Positions 25,110-37,034 are shown, numbered from the whole stretch's first letter. The stretch: 58,727 bases of DNA, filler included, from Sphacelaria rigidula (GCA_964200075.2; 6 parts of 6 records of this genome joined end to end with filler, not necessarily neighbours in it), one strand, 5' to 3'. Numbers and translations are program-made. Notes: generated from the sequence alone by a model not told the origin.

Positions 25110-25472
25110 AGCTAGTCGTTTCCAAACAACTAGTTTTACACTATTCTGAGAGATGAGCTGTTCGGACACAACTAGTTGCACACGATTTTGAACAGTTAGT
25201 CGTTTGGAAACAACTGAGAGATGACTTGTTTGGAAACAACTAGTTGCTCGCGATTCTGGGAGATGAGTTGTTTGGAAACAACTAATTGCACACGATTTGG
25301 AGAGATGAGTTGTTTGGAAACAACCAATTGCACGCACTTCTGGGAGATGAGTTGTTTGGAAACAACTAATCGCACACGATTTTGAGAGATGAGTTGTTCG
25401 GAAACAACTAATTGCACACGATTATGAGGGATGAGTTGTTTGGAAACAATTAGTTGCACACGATTCTGAACA
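25110..25472. repeat. 42-bp minisatellite with internal palindrome, about 8 copies
   Basis: Unit gagatgagttgtttggaaacaactaattgcacacgattttga; 42-bp period (25261, 25303, 25345, 25387, 25429); contains AGTTGTTT-GG-AAACAACT. Confidence 0.95.
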
Positions 25473-25916
25473 CTGTAGCCAAATGACACCAAGCGGTAGG
25501 TTTCAGTATGATCGCATGAATGATTAGAGCAGTGGCAGGGGACAGAGGATCCTGGATTGATGACCCCTGTCTGTGTGGCCCCTTGCTGTCTGGCTTGTGA
25601 TGTGGTCTGTTGAAGATCACTCCTCAATAGCAACAAGTGAGAAGAAATGACTTGTCGAGCACGAGGTCAGTGCTACTGAGGATTCCCTCGTTGATAGTCT
25701 TCTTGTCCAGATCGTCTGGCAGAGGCTATAATACTTATATATTATTCTTCTCGGCACTCTGTTGGAGGCGTTTTGCTGGGGAGAGGGGCCGCAGCTGGAA
25801 GCCAGCTTGACCTGCAGTCGGGGAGACCAACTTGTAGCCAACTTGAAGAGCACAGAAGTGGAGGACGCTCCGTGGGCTGGAGGACGCACAAGTCAGGCAA
25901 GAGTCTCTTCGTGAAG

Positions 25917-25932
25917 TGGTGAATCCTAGACG
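25917..25932 (+). promoter_or_regulatory. Candidate primer-binding site (possibly tRNA-Trp)
   Basis: TGGTGAATCCTAGACG ends just before the gag ATG (25935) and resembles the complement of a plant-type tRNA-Trp 3' end as recalled (TGGTGAACCCGACG); the canonical CA LTR end is not seen. Confidence 0.4.
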
Positions 25933-25934
25933 AC

Positions 25935-28900
25935 ATGGCTCGAGCGGCGGCAGCGCCGCTGGTGTTAGGTGAGCCTCCAGAACCGCCTGAGTATGGCGAA
26001 GTGTCGACAGAGGAAGCCTCAAAAACATTTTGGGCAAAACATCTCGACTATTTAGAGAGGTTGCATTTGACCAATGCTCAAGGAGTCATAAGGCATGCCA
26101 GGGTGAGCATCAGACAACTCATCCCTACATATATTCACCGGTGCTCTGAAGGCATGTACAAGGACCGTCGGGCTATGACCCCCGACGAATTGCTAGATGC
26201 TGTAAAGCAGCATGCCGGGTAAACCACAACCGGCGGCAAGCATGACACTGCGCGGGTTGCAGCAGACCTTCGTAGAGGTCTTACTATGCCACAATGCGGC
26301 GGAACATCCATCAAGGATCGTGCGATGATGGTCAACTCATCGATGGAAAAAAAATTCGCAGAAAACCTCACGGTGCAAGCCACGTACCGTGCGGAGGACA
26401 GGAGCTGGTTGCCAGGCCCTGCCGAGTCGGTTTCCACAGCTTTGATAGACGGGATTTCGTCTCCGGAATTCAAGGCGTATGTTAGAAGTGTACTGACGTA
26501 TGTTGACGGCAGGAAAAAGAACCCGACGGTGGTGTTCAACAAAATATTTGATGCCGCCGACCAGCGGAAGTTCATTGAGGCGCATGGCCGGCGCGATTCT
26601 GCGCCAAGTGCAGGTAGTGCGCGCCGCAAACAACAGCAGCAACAGCAACAGCAGCCGTCTTCGCGAGCGTCGTCCACTCGCGCGTGTTACAACTGCGGCG
26701 AAACCGGACATCTGATCAAAGATTGTCCCAAGCCTCGTGCTCAAGGCGCTGCTCAAGGAACTGCGCGAGATTCATCAGGATCTCGAGGCGGTCGTCACGG
26801 TGGACAGGGCCGTGCCAACCAGGGACGCGGGCGCGGCGGCCGCGGCAGCACGCAGTCGGCGGCGGATAGTGGTTCCTCCGCTTCTGTTTCTTCCACTACG
26901 TCATCAGGTGGTGACTCTGAATCTTATGCTTCGTCCGTAGCGAAGCAGACAGTGTGCGTGGGAAATGCAAATACTTCGGTGGGGAGTGCTGGAGCGAATA
27001 GTTCGCAATCCCTCGGCCAGGCAGGATCCGTGTCTGGTGCATCTTCTACTGCTGCGACGGCTGTAACAGCGCCGTCTGCATATTCGGCGGCTTGGTCTGG
27101 TTGGACCGACGATTCTCAGTCATCGATGTCAAGTGCTGGAGGGTAGCCCTGGCGTCAGGTGGCTCTTGGTACCGACCAGGGTTTTTCGGCAGGCGTGGTA
27201 CCTGTCGGTTGCAAGGCTGAATGCTGACGCGCAGGTCTTTCCTTGCCTGGTTCCGTAGGTTCGTTCATTGCCCGCGTTATTCTGGATTTTGGGTCCACGC
27301 TCACGTCGATCGGTGTGGGGTTGCGAGAACAAACGTCTTCGCAGTTTGGCGGCGCTCAGCTTCAGATTCCGTTCGAAAACGGACCGCAGACGGCATAGAC
27401 CGCCACGGGTGCTCCCGTTACGGTTACACATAAAACGGTGCCGATTACTGTTAGCGTACGTACGCCGTGGGGGGCTGTGTAGTTGCAGCCCATTACTTTT
27501 GCTGTCATGCCCGGTAGAGACAACGTGGTTTTTTTTGGGATGGCGACGATGAAGGAGCTCGGGATTGATTTGTACCCACTGACGTTGGATAACTTACGCC
27601 CGGGTGCTGTGCCGGTGCAAACCGGCGTGGAAAATCCCAGCTATCTTGCTGCAAGGCGTGTGACCGTATCAATACGATCATTCTAGAGCGCCAATGAGGA
27701 GGAGGCTACTGCGGATGAAGCGGTGGAGCGCTCAGTCGATCGGGGGCCCGACATGTTTATGGGCCCAGCGGAGGAGAGAGGTGCAAGAGAACGTGCGCTT
27801 GAGGGTAGCGTACAGCAGGCCGAGCAGGAGGGCCTGAGCGCCGATGGCGCATATTTTCTGTGTGCTATTTTGGCTCGTCGCGTGGATACATTTCGTCGTG
27901 CGCTGCGTGGTGATCCGCCAGCGCGCGTAGAGCCCATGAGGGTGCACCCCAAGCCACAGGCAAAGGCGGTGAAGGCCAAGCCCCGACGATATGATCCGGT
28001 GGAGACCGGGTGGCTTGCCTCATGAATCGTAGCTTTGGTGGCGTTTGGGTTAGTGGGTAGGAACATCCAGGATTTTTGGGCGAGTCCGGCGATGGCGGTC
28101 CCAAAGAGGGACACATTCCGTTTGGTCAGCGACTATCAGATGGTGAACGCGCAAGTGGAACAGTCTCCGGGGATGATGCCAAGCCAAGAAGACATGCGGG
28201 AGTTGCTGAGAGCCTAATGCTTTGGCAAGCTGGACCTGCTACAGGGGTATTGGCAGATACCTCTGGCGCCGTAGGCTCAGGAGATCTTCACGATCGATCG
28301 TCACGCCTGACGGTTTGTTTACGCCTACTTGTGTCCCGCAGGGCGTATTGAGCGCCACGGCGTATTTCCAAGGTGTGCTGAGTGACATTTTGCGAGGTCT
28401 AGACTGTAAAGTGTGGGTGGATGACGTTTTCTATTTCGCTGAAACCGAAGAAGTATCGTTAGCTTTGCTTGACGAAATTCATGGCCGCTTGGAGAGTGTT
28501 GGTCTATGCGTCGCTGCGCATAAGTGTAATTGTTCTGCCCGCGAAGTGGTTTGGTGTGGTGAGGTGTACTCCAAGGGTATTGTTTCGCATGATCCCGTCC
28601 GCATTCAAGGTTTGAGCAATATGCGACGTCCTCAAACCGCTAGTGAGCTGATGCAGTTTCTGCAGGCGGTGAATTGGTTGCGGACTTCGCTCCCACGCAT
28701 GGCGGAAGTACTCGCGCCGCTCCGAGTGTTTTTGGAACAACTTATGGTTGGGGCTTCGCGTCGGACCAAGCGGGTGGCGCGTAATCGTATTATCCTGGAG
28801 GACGCTTGGACGGAGGATCGCGTGCGGGCATGGCGTGCTGCGCAAGGTTTGGTGGCGTAAGCAGTGCCGCTGTATCATCCTCGTCCAGGGTGCGTTGTTC

Positions 28901-29315
28901 TGATGTTTCCAGATGCTTCGGATTTTCACTGGGGTAGGTTTTTGACGCAAGTGCCTGTCGCAGATTTTAATAGTGGCATTGCGCTCGAAAACATGTCACA
29001 CGAACCATTGGTTTTCCTGAGTGGTAGCTTTAAGGGTTCACAATTGCGGTGGGCGAGAGTGGACAAAGAAGGTTTCGCGACAGTCAATACATTTCGAAGG
29101 TTAGAGTACTTGCTTTGGGGTCGTGTTCGCATTTTCACCGATCATCGCAATCTACAATACATTTTCAACCCCGAAGAGTGTGTCACATCGGTGACGAAGG
29201 CCATGACACAACGGCTTGAAAAAAAAAGGAGTGCTCGGCCGATATCGGTATGCTATTGAACACATTCCTGGAGAGCGCAATTGTTGGGGAGATTTGTTGT
29301 CTCGCTGGGTAAAGG
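25935..29315 (+). pseudogene. gag-pol: gag-pol polyprotein pseudogene (knuckle, protease, RT, RNase H)
   Basis: CYNCGETGHLIKDC 26685-26726; RVILDFGS 27273 (catalytic DSG altered); WASPAMAVPK, KLDLLQGYWQ, VPQG, WVDD 28414-28425; FPDAS, DKEGFA, FTDHRNL; about nine in-frame stops and a GATC duplication frameshift near 28295. Confidence 0.92.
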
Positions 29316-29415
29316 NNNNNNNNNNNNNNNNNNNNNNNNNNNNNNNNNNNNNNNNNNNNTTAATTAATTAANNNNNNNNNNNNNNNNNNNNNNNNNNNNN
29401 NNNNNNNNNNNNNNN
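29316..29415. other. Artificial scaffold-joining linker
   Basis: Same 100-bp structure. Confidence 0.99.
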
Positions 29416-29762
29416 TAGCCTACAATGAGTTGCTCCATTTTCTGGTATCGCCACTTCCAGAGACAGTCATGCTTATACACTGCCTCATGGGTGTCTCACC
29501 ACTTGAACACTACGTAGTACGATCATCCCCATTGTGCGGAGTTGTGGTTCTCGCACGCCGCACAACATGATCTAGCTCGACCACCATCATGGTTACCGCA
29601 AAAATAAAACGCAAGCGCGCGAAAAAACCGGTAACATGGTTGCCTAGCTTACGCAGTGGGTGGCGTGTTTTACAGCGTCATCACTAACCGACGCCTACTC
29701 CATCGGGGGTCCGCCCCTACAAAGCCGGGACGGAGCACGCCGAGTTCTCACCGGACCAGGCT
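29416..29762 (-). mobile_element. C-tract-associated retroposon, minus-strand copy (3' part cut by scaffold end)
   Basis: Reverse complement aligns to 39325-39483, 39674-39795 and 48780-48865; G9 run at 29769-29777 on its 5' side. Confidence 0.8.
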
Positions 29763-30166
29763 GAGAGAGGGGGGGGGAGCACATTACGAGACGGCAAGAA
29801 AACGACTAAGTTTTCGCGGTACCCTACACTTGTACGGGGGGAGAGACAGATATACCCCTTGAAACCACGGGCTTGTTTGCAAGAAGGGGAAGGGTTAGAA
29901 GTACAATTGGGATAGTACAGATAGAACAGAGAATTTCGGGAAACGCGCCTTTTTTTTCGTCAGCTCGACTTTCACATGAAAATGGCCAAACAGCGAATAT
30001 TAGCTGATTTCACACTGCAAGAACCGCCCCATCTAGACGACGTTGGCGAAAAACAATCCCAAGCGAGGGAGTTCAAAGCTACTCGGTGTGCTCGGCCTTT
30101 ATTCTAATTTTAGTTCACATGCAGATTTTTTTTGCCCCCCCAAACTAGCCATCTTTCTGAGGGGGG

Positions 30167-30183
30167 CTATCACGGCATGACTC
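30167..30183. mobile_element. Lone right end of a Sola2-like MITE
   Basis: ctatcacggcatgactc matches the shared terminal motif; partner end not found. Confidence 0.4.
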
Positions 30184-30609
30184 AACAGCACAGTACAACG
30201 TGTACACGGTCTCGACTCATTGTGTACAAAAGATACAGATGCATTTAACTTTTTTTATTCAACAATGTTCGCTCGAGATTTATCGCGCGAGTCAGATATC
30301 GGCAAATAAAGAAAAACAGAAAATGAGTTACTCAAGAAATGAGGACGTGGCGTATACAGAATGTAAGATACCGTATATTGTAGTAAAAACAAAGCTAAAA
30401 AGACGGCACTATGATACTGTAACTATACACAGTCAAGCGGAGCTTCCTACGCTCAACCGAGACGGCTTCATGTAGTAGTCAGTCAACACTTTAGAGGCGA
30501 ATCTACCTGGCTGTTCATATGGGCCGTCGGTCTAGAGAAGGTAGAGCAGTCTGAAGGTAGTCGGAAACACTGGATGAATCCGCCCGGGGATTATCTCGAA
30601 TCAAGTCAC

Positions 30610-30892
30610 GAGGGATGCTACGGTAGTAGCTCTAGCGGTGCACTTTTTAGTCCAAGAGGTTTCTGAGGCTGCACACCGAGAAGGTCCAGATGTTGGTCAT
30701 CCAGACAGAGGCTCCGACAGGTCAGAGCCCCAGAAAAAAATATATGCACCCCTACCGAGGGTAGGGGTACACTTTTTTGTTGAGGCTCTTCGTTGTAGGA
30801 GCCTCTTGATGACAAACATTTGTGCCTCCTTTATGTGCAGCCTCAGACAAGTTGTGGTCCAAAAGGTGCACCCCTACCATAGCATATCACTC
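30610..30892. mobile_element. Sola2-like MITE, diverged, with two internal palindromic sub-units
   Basis: gagggatgctacggtag ... ctaccatagcatatcactc; only CAC is shared by the two flanks. Confidence 0.65.
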
Positions 30893-32357
30893 CACCGTGG
30901 AACCATTCTCACCAGCATCTATATATCTTGTATGTGTAGCTGGCGAACAAAAACGAGGAATTCGGGAACATCTTCAACAAAAAGTTACAACGTTGGTTGT
31001 GTTCTGCAGGGTATACTGGCTGAAAATCGGGTGTTTAGAAAAGTCTGAAAGAGGTATGTGATCGGTAAATACTCTTCCAAACATACAGTATCACACATTG
31101 GACACAGCTCATGAGCTACCTGGGTATTAATTATTATTCGAGTACTGATTCGGATCATGAGTTTAGCTCATTTGGCCACTATTTCCGTATTAAATTTTGC
31201 TCCCGACAGCGATGCATGGACGCCGAGCACGCGGTGTAGCGGGAAGGTAAGGCTTTGCCTTCTCGGACGCTGCTGTCACGTGTTTTTTGTTTTTGTACAA
31301 TGAATCCGAGAGTTCTCTTCGGTTAGTTATTCCAGGTATTAAATAGCTCATGATCAAGCTGTCCCACGTGTGGAATATCTGTATATGTTTACATACCGGT
31401 TGTTCGGAACAGGACTCAATACCCTGCCAGACGACACCGGAATGCCATTCATGTCCGGAACACATTCCGGTATGGCTTAGTATGCCGACCAAAATCCTCC
31501 ATTTGGGGGTATACATAATCACATACCTTACAGAACAAAGCCTTCAATAATTATTACCCTCTCATCACCCGAGGAAAAAAAAAAACTCCCACTGTATGAC
31601 AATCTAAAACCGGCAAAATTGCTTCCCTCTCCGCCATGTGGAAAATATCAAAAACAAGCGATTGAAGAAACGCAATGAGCGCCCAGATGCTTGAGGTGTC
31701 TCTACTAGTAGCAGGAACGGTGCTCCGTCTCGAAAGAGATGTGTAGTCAAAGATCAATTGACGAAGGTAAGCAGCAAACAAATGCGGCCCCCCTTCTCCT
31801 GAATTTGGCTCGAGTGAAGAATAGGGATTTTGGCCAATTTTTTCACCAGGCTTAATTCCCTCCCTACTTTGTCGCGGGGGATTTTTCGTATGCGATAGTC
31901 CAGGCGATTTCGACTCCCAACCCAAATTGAACCGACGAAAAATTGCATGTGGTCATGATCCAGACCCAGGGGTAGGTAGCCCTGCAAATATACCTGCACA
32001 TAAATATATGTACATGTGGTTCTCCACAACTTTTGGGCAAACATGTTGGGTCTAGAACTCTTTATGTCTGTCTATTTGTCTCTTGCTGTCTCTCGATCGC
32101 TCTCCTTCCCATTGGGGCAAAACTGTCTCCCTTGTGTGTATGTGTGACATGATTGCGTTTTCATTTTCATCATTGTACGTACGTCCCGCTCACCGGAATC
32201 CAAGCGGCAGGGACCTGTCGTTAGTTATTTCCTTTTGTTTTCGTTCTTCTCGTTTCTCCTCGTTCCTCCTTTTTGATCTCGGAATAATAAAAAATGCTAT
32301 CTTTGTTTTGTTTCGTCTTGTTCTGTTCACTTTTTTCTCGTTCCCCCCTTCTACTGT

Positions 32358-32393
32358 TGGTCTGATGACTATGGCACGCATGATCATGAGTAC
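32358..32393 (+). mobile_element. C-tract-associated retroposon, 36-bp 3' stub with ~16-bp TSD
   Basis: tggtctgatgactatggcacgcatgatcatgagtac flanked by c(c/a)cccttctactg(t/c)tg at 32344-32359 and 32393-32408. Confidence 0.75.
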
Positions 32394-32600
32394 ACCCTTC
32401 TACTGCTGCGTTTCTTGACTCCTGTATTTTACTTCATTTTCTGTTCCTACCCATCTCTTTCTCTCTTTTCCTTGGAGAGCGCCTTCCGTTGGTTCACCAC
32501 CTCGAGTACGGTATCAAGTCTATCGAATGACAGAACAAAACCACCGCTGCGTTCATAACGCACAACAGTTCACCAATTTATCAAACAATCGATTGCTCAC

Positions 32601-32685
32601 CTTGCCGTGCTTGAATTCAGCCGAGGTCGACTTGTAGGCCACAGCAGTCGATAGACAGGTGGCCACCAGGAACGCCCCCACCATG
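32601..32685 (-). CDS. Internal exon of a probable small membrane protein (MVGAFLVATCLSTAVAYKSTSAEFKHGK)
   Basis: cag|...|gtgagc boundaries; 85 nt; phase matches the exon at 36759-36596; GC-rich third positions. Confidence 0.65.
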
Positions 32686-32819
32686 CTGTCCAACATCCAG
32701 CAAAACCGAGAAGCAACGTGTAACATCGCGGGATAGGGAGGGAAGGATTGAGGAAGTCGAGCATTCATTATTTTGGCTCAACAGGGGGGTAGTGTGTTGT
32801 GTGTTGTTGTGTGTTGTGT

Positions 32820-33155
32820 GTCGTTTTTCAGCTCGCGGGGGTTCTCCTCGGAGGGTCGCGTGAAGCCAGAGGTCGTGGCCCCCGGGGACTTGGTGAGAAT
32901 TGGTTCTGTTTGTTGTTGTTGTTGCTGCTGCTGCTGTTGATGATGATGATGTTGTTGTCGTTGTCATTTTTTGTTGTTGTTGTTGCTATTGCTGCTGTTG
33001 TTGTCGCTATTTCCCTTCTTTTTTCCTTCCTATGGCTGTTGCTTCTATCTTTTTTTATCTTCATTTCCTTCTCTCTTACTCTGCTCTTTCTTACTGCTCC
33101 TGACCGCGGGCTGGACTGTTACGATCAGCGAATGTGAGATAATCAATCAATCAAT
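32820..33155 (+). mobile_element. Retroelement-like 3' end with (AATC)n tail and internal GTT/GCT/GAT microsatellite
   Basis: Ends ctggactgttacgatcagcgaatgtgagataatcaatcaatcaat; similar organisation on the minus strand at 57475-57940. Confidence 0.5.
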
Positions 33156-33159
33156 TAAT

Positions 33160-34150
33160 ACCGACGCCGGCGTTTCGAGTCTTCGGCGCCGCTGCCTGCA
33201 CTAACGACGATTTTTTCAACACAGCTGGCGGAACAAGCGCCACGTATTTCTCGCTCCGTCCCCCCGGCACTATTTAGGAGCGCCAATGACGACCGGTCAT
33301 ACCTACTGCCGTCTTTAACCCTCCACACACAGCGTAACAGCTGCGTTGACCCGAAACTCAGATCTACGCTCGAATCTGGACTTGGTCCTCCAGAACCGAC
33401 AATAAATTTCAAGCGCGGAAAGAACAACCACTGGTCACTGAGGCACGGGCTTTCCTAAGCGACCGCACTTACAGGCAGTGGTGTACCTCCTTCGGCTGGT
33501 CCAAGTGCTGCTGTTTTGAATTTGATTTCTTCGAATCGTGTAGTGCCTACTCAGCTTGATCGAGCCCCTTCCCCCTGCGATGATCAACGCGCACGGAGTT
33601 ACCCCTGGCCGGATTTTACAACAACCGCCCCAATTTACATTCGGCCATGACCCCTCAGCCAAGCTAAGCTTGCCAGCGGAAAGTCCACAAGCTTCATCAA
33701 AGCATGCCCCGATGCAGACACGTTGGCGACAAACTTCTCGATCTCGATTTACCTCGCAACCGTGGGGGAAAGGGTACTACTCAACCTCGCGTCTTCGTGC
33801 ACTGGTGCAAATCCTGCACGAGCCACGAGCCCGCACCACACCAGTGACATGCCCAGATACCTACCTACCGGCCTCACGCAGCGCGTGCTTAACCGCTGCT
33901 CGACCAACTCATCTCCCTACCACGTCACCGCCGACGATGTGACTGAAGAACCCCTCCGTTTGGTGTGTCTCATATCTCCGGCCACCAGATCACCCGTGAT
34001 CGAGGAGGTAAGATTACTGTCATGCATGAGACCCACTGGCGCCAGGAACGTGAATCCGCCCTCAAGCTGCATGGCCGTGACATCCTTCTATGCTGGACGT
34101 AGTCCCAACAGTAACATCTTGCCCACATGAAGAAATATCGCATTATGCGT
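33160..34150 (+). mobile_element. Internally deleted relative of Gypsy element 1
   Basis: 33160-33720 aligns with 17047-17830 (LFR-ND-RS-PSL-L-TQRN-CVD, SLPA-SPQ-S-H-M-T) and is fused to a pol C-terminal-like segment DMPRYLPTGLTQRVLN...PYHVTADDV...ISGHQITRDRGG..VMHETHW (chromodomain-like, recognised from memory). Confidence 0.75.
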
Positions 34151-34954
34151 CGTGGCGCACCAGCATCATTTTTTGTTGCTTTTTGAGATTTCTCGTTGCA
34201 GCTGCAACAGAGGCTCGTCCGAGTGGGCTAGTGTCATGAGGTTGGAAGGCGTGGTATCGCCATTCTTTCGCAGACTCGGGGATTTGGCAGTTGGTATTTT
34301 ACTTTACAAGGATGTGCAGCGATGGGATGGGATAATATCTCGCCCGTGGTGTCTGTAATCACACTGAGAAAAACGGCATGCACCACTAGTTACGGTAGGT
34401 TGTAGGCTTCTTATTGGTACCGACCATGTGTTCAGAGTCACAGTTGTTCGGCCGCAAATGATTCAATTATTGGATAAAACCCCCTTTCCACTGAGATTGT
34501 TCAGGGAGAGAATACGTTGATTTCATCCTCGGGAAAAGAAAGGTGGGCAAAAGGGGGTCATATGGGAATGGTATATGGTGGGGATACCTTCGAATGATGT
34601 CCCTCGCGTGTTGGGGGGCAAATAGCACCCCCCCACCCCCCCCACCATGTCTGGAGAGGGGGTAGAGCGATTTCAACCCTCGGTGGGGAGAATTGGGGAG
34701 GAGCGGGGATAAATTGCTTACACGCTATATCGATGTGTTCGTGTGTTCAGGTGCATCGCCGTTCGTGTGTAACAGACCAAAACGGTAAATACCACCTGAG
34801 TGACAAGTGATTTTGGAGGGAGATGCGTATGTTTACTCTACGGAATAGGATTTTTGTTTTCATATCCATATTTCAAGCATCCCGGAAAAATTACATATTA
34901 GGGAGTTTCGAAAAAATCTTTCTTGTCGTTTCGGAGTGCAAACGTCCCGGGGCC

Positions 34955-35711
34955 GGCCTGTCTTCGCACCTTTTTTTTTCGATCGAAAAAGTGCGGTCGA
35001 ATTTTTTGGCCGATCTCATAGGTCCACCGCATTTATGTTCCTTGACGGCTTCAACTCAAAATTATAGTTAGCGGCGCGCGGAGAAGAATGCAACGAGGGA
35101 AAAAACAACTTTCTTCGATCGAAAACATGCGGTCAAAAGGCACGAAGCGGCACTTGACTCCTATCTTACAGACCACTACACGAAATAACACCTGTTCACA
35201 GGACCATGAAAACTCCATCCCATTCATTCTCAGCTACCACCGCAACCCTGCCACATAGAGCACGAGTTGAGCACTGGGATATATACACTACAGTAGTTGG
35301 GTGTGCTTTGTTTATTTTTTGTTGGCGAAAACTTGCGCATCTTCTCTCATGGTAGGCATTAGGGACGGAACTGCGTGCATGCTCATGAACAGTCCAGGCA
35401 GTACAGAGCTGCACGTTAAGTTATTTTCACGTCGCATTTTAAGCAGAGAGAACTCATAGTCCTGGGCTGTTCTCCTGCACGAAACACGCACACACACACT
35501 CAAGACACCCTACTTGCAAGCCGTGCAAACAGTACAGAATGCCGGTACTGTGCACGAGTGACCATGTACCGTTTCACGAATTTCACTGTCTTTTTTCGAT
35601 CGAAAGCTTGATAATCCATCCGGACCCAACTGCATCAAAACAAGAAATTTTCGCTCAGATCGATTCCACCGCATCATTTTTTCGATCGAAAAGAATAGTG
35701 CTAAGACAGGC
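34955..35711. mobile_element. Tourist/PIF-like MITE ends (one element or two adjacent remnants)
   Basis: ggcctgtcttcgcac..ttttcgatcgaaaaagtgcgg versus ccgcat..ttttcgatcgaaaag..gtgctaagacaggcc; same core as 46100-46482. Confidence 0.55.
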
Positions 35712-36287
35712 CTTCAGGATCAGAGTGCAGAATAGACGGAAAAAAATCATAAAAAAAATCAAGAGGATTTCACAATCTGACGGAAGGGGAAATGATTTTT
35801 CGTTGCACTCTGACCCTGAAATATTTGCACTCTGAAATGACAGAAGAAAAGGTTCTCCGAAAATCGTTATTATCCAAACGTGTCGCTGTTTGCACCGTAT
35901 AGGCCAAAATGGTGGACACCAACCACCCCTGAATTCACGGTAGAAAGCACCCCTGGGAACGCCAACTTTCTCGTCTCCTGCGCCACCACCTGCGCTACCA
36001 TGGACCTTCCGACCGAATGGGATTCTTATCCAACGCCGATTTAAATACAATTTTGCGTCGTCTATCAAATGTTGTTTTGGGCTCTTGACGAGTTCCCTGA
36101 TGCACTGATGCAATGGACTCGAAAATCTCGAGAACGCGGCCTGGAACAGCGTGGAACTGTCCCCGTACTCAAGTTGGTACAAAGTTTAGCCAATAATGGC
36201 AAACTTAAAAAAACTGCAAGTCTGGCGCCCTCGTCGCCAGTTGCAGTTTGATTCCCATTCCCGCTCAGCGCCAGCTCCAGATTCAAC

Positions 36288-36496
36288 CAGGGATATACAC
36301 GTTACACGTTCCGTAGCGTTACACGTTACGTTCACGATACGTTTTGGCCGAAACGTAACGTGAACGTAATTTTTTTTTACGTGATGAACGTAACGTGAAC
36401 GTCACGTTAAATTTTCAAGTGAACCGTTGACGTAGCGTTATTTTTTCAACGTGGCAAGCGTAACGTAAACATGAACGTGTAACGTGTATATCCCTG
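36288..36496. mobile_element. hAT-like MITE, 209 bp
   Basis: Perfect 24-bp TIR CAGGGATATACACGTTACACGTTC; 8-bp TSD gattcaac/gattaaac; many internal AACGT/ACGTT motifs. Confidence 0.9.
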
Positions 36497-36595
36497 GATT
36501 AAACGACAGGGTGAAGTGGTCCTGTTCACAGCCCTATCACTATAACAGTAACCGAAGACCACAAAAGGGTCCACCACAACGCTCACGCTGCTTAC

Positions 36596-36759
36596 CGCTT
36601 CACGATGGACACGGCGCCCATATCCTCCACGAGACTTTGAATGGGAGTGGCCCACTTGGGCACCCATGAATCGTAGCGGGACAGGTGCATGCATCCAACC
36701 ACGAGCGCGCCAAGTCCGTGCACGACGAACACGTTGTTGGGGTCGCCGAAGAACTTGCT
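36596..36759 (-). CDS. Internal exon of the same membrane-protein gene (SKFFGDPNNVFVVHGLGALVVGCMHLSRYDSWVPKWATPIQSLVEDMGAVSIVKR)
   Basis: ccag|...|gtaagc boundaries; 164 nt open; ends in phase 2 and joins 32685 in frame; has no start codon, so the ORF track misses it. Confidence 0.7.
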
Positions 36760-37034
36760 CTGGTTTTGTTGTTTTCGCCGTGTGTGTGTGTGTGTGTTTT
36801 TCCGTCGCCGCCGCCGTCACCGAATTAAAAAAAAAAAACAGAAAGAGGAGAAGCAAGACGGGGCGAGAAAAGTCGTCGAAGATACGCAGATATATATTCA
36901 TACATATATATATATATATATACTTGTACAACGGCGTGAATTGTTTCAGCTTTTACAGTCGCGCCTGTGGAGAAGAAAACAAGATGGGTGGCGAAAAAAA
37001 AGAGGAATCGCCATCATATGCACTGACTGCATCG

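Larger units (their letters stand above)
25474..29315 (+). mobile_element. Degenerate Ty3/Gypsy LTR retrotransposon (element 2), 5' part
   Basis: Putative LTR from TGT at 25474 (boundary tentative), PBS-like TGG at 25917, then gag-PR-RT-RNaseH order; truncated at scaffold end. Confidence 0.9.

Noticed and set aside
25110-25472. CRISPR array (palindromic repeat containing GAAAC)
   Set aside because: The sequences between palindromes are near-identical rather than unique spacers; there are no cas genes; the context is eukaryotic.
32360-32395. Hammerhead ribozyme suggested by CTGATGA
   Set aside because: Other copies read CTCATGA or CAAATGA, and no stem II-GAAA follows.
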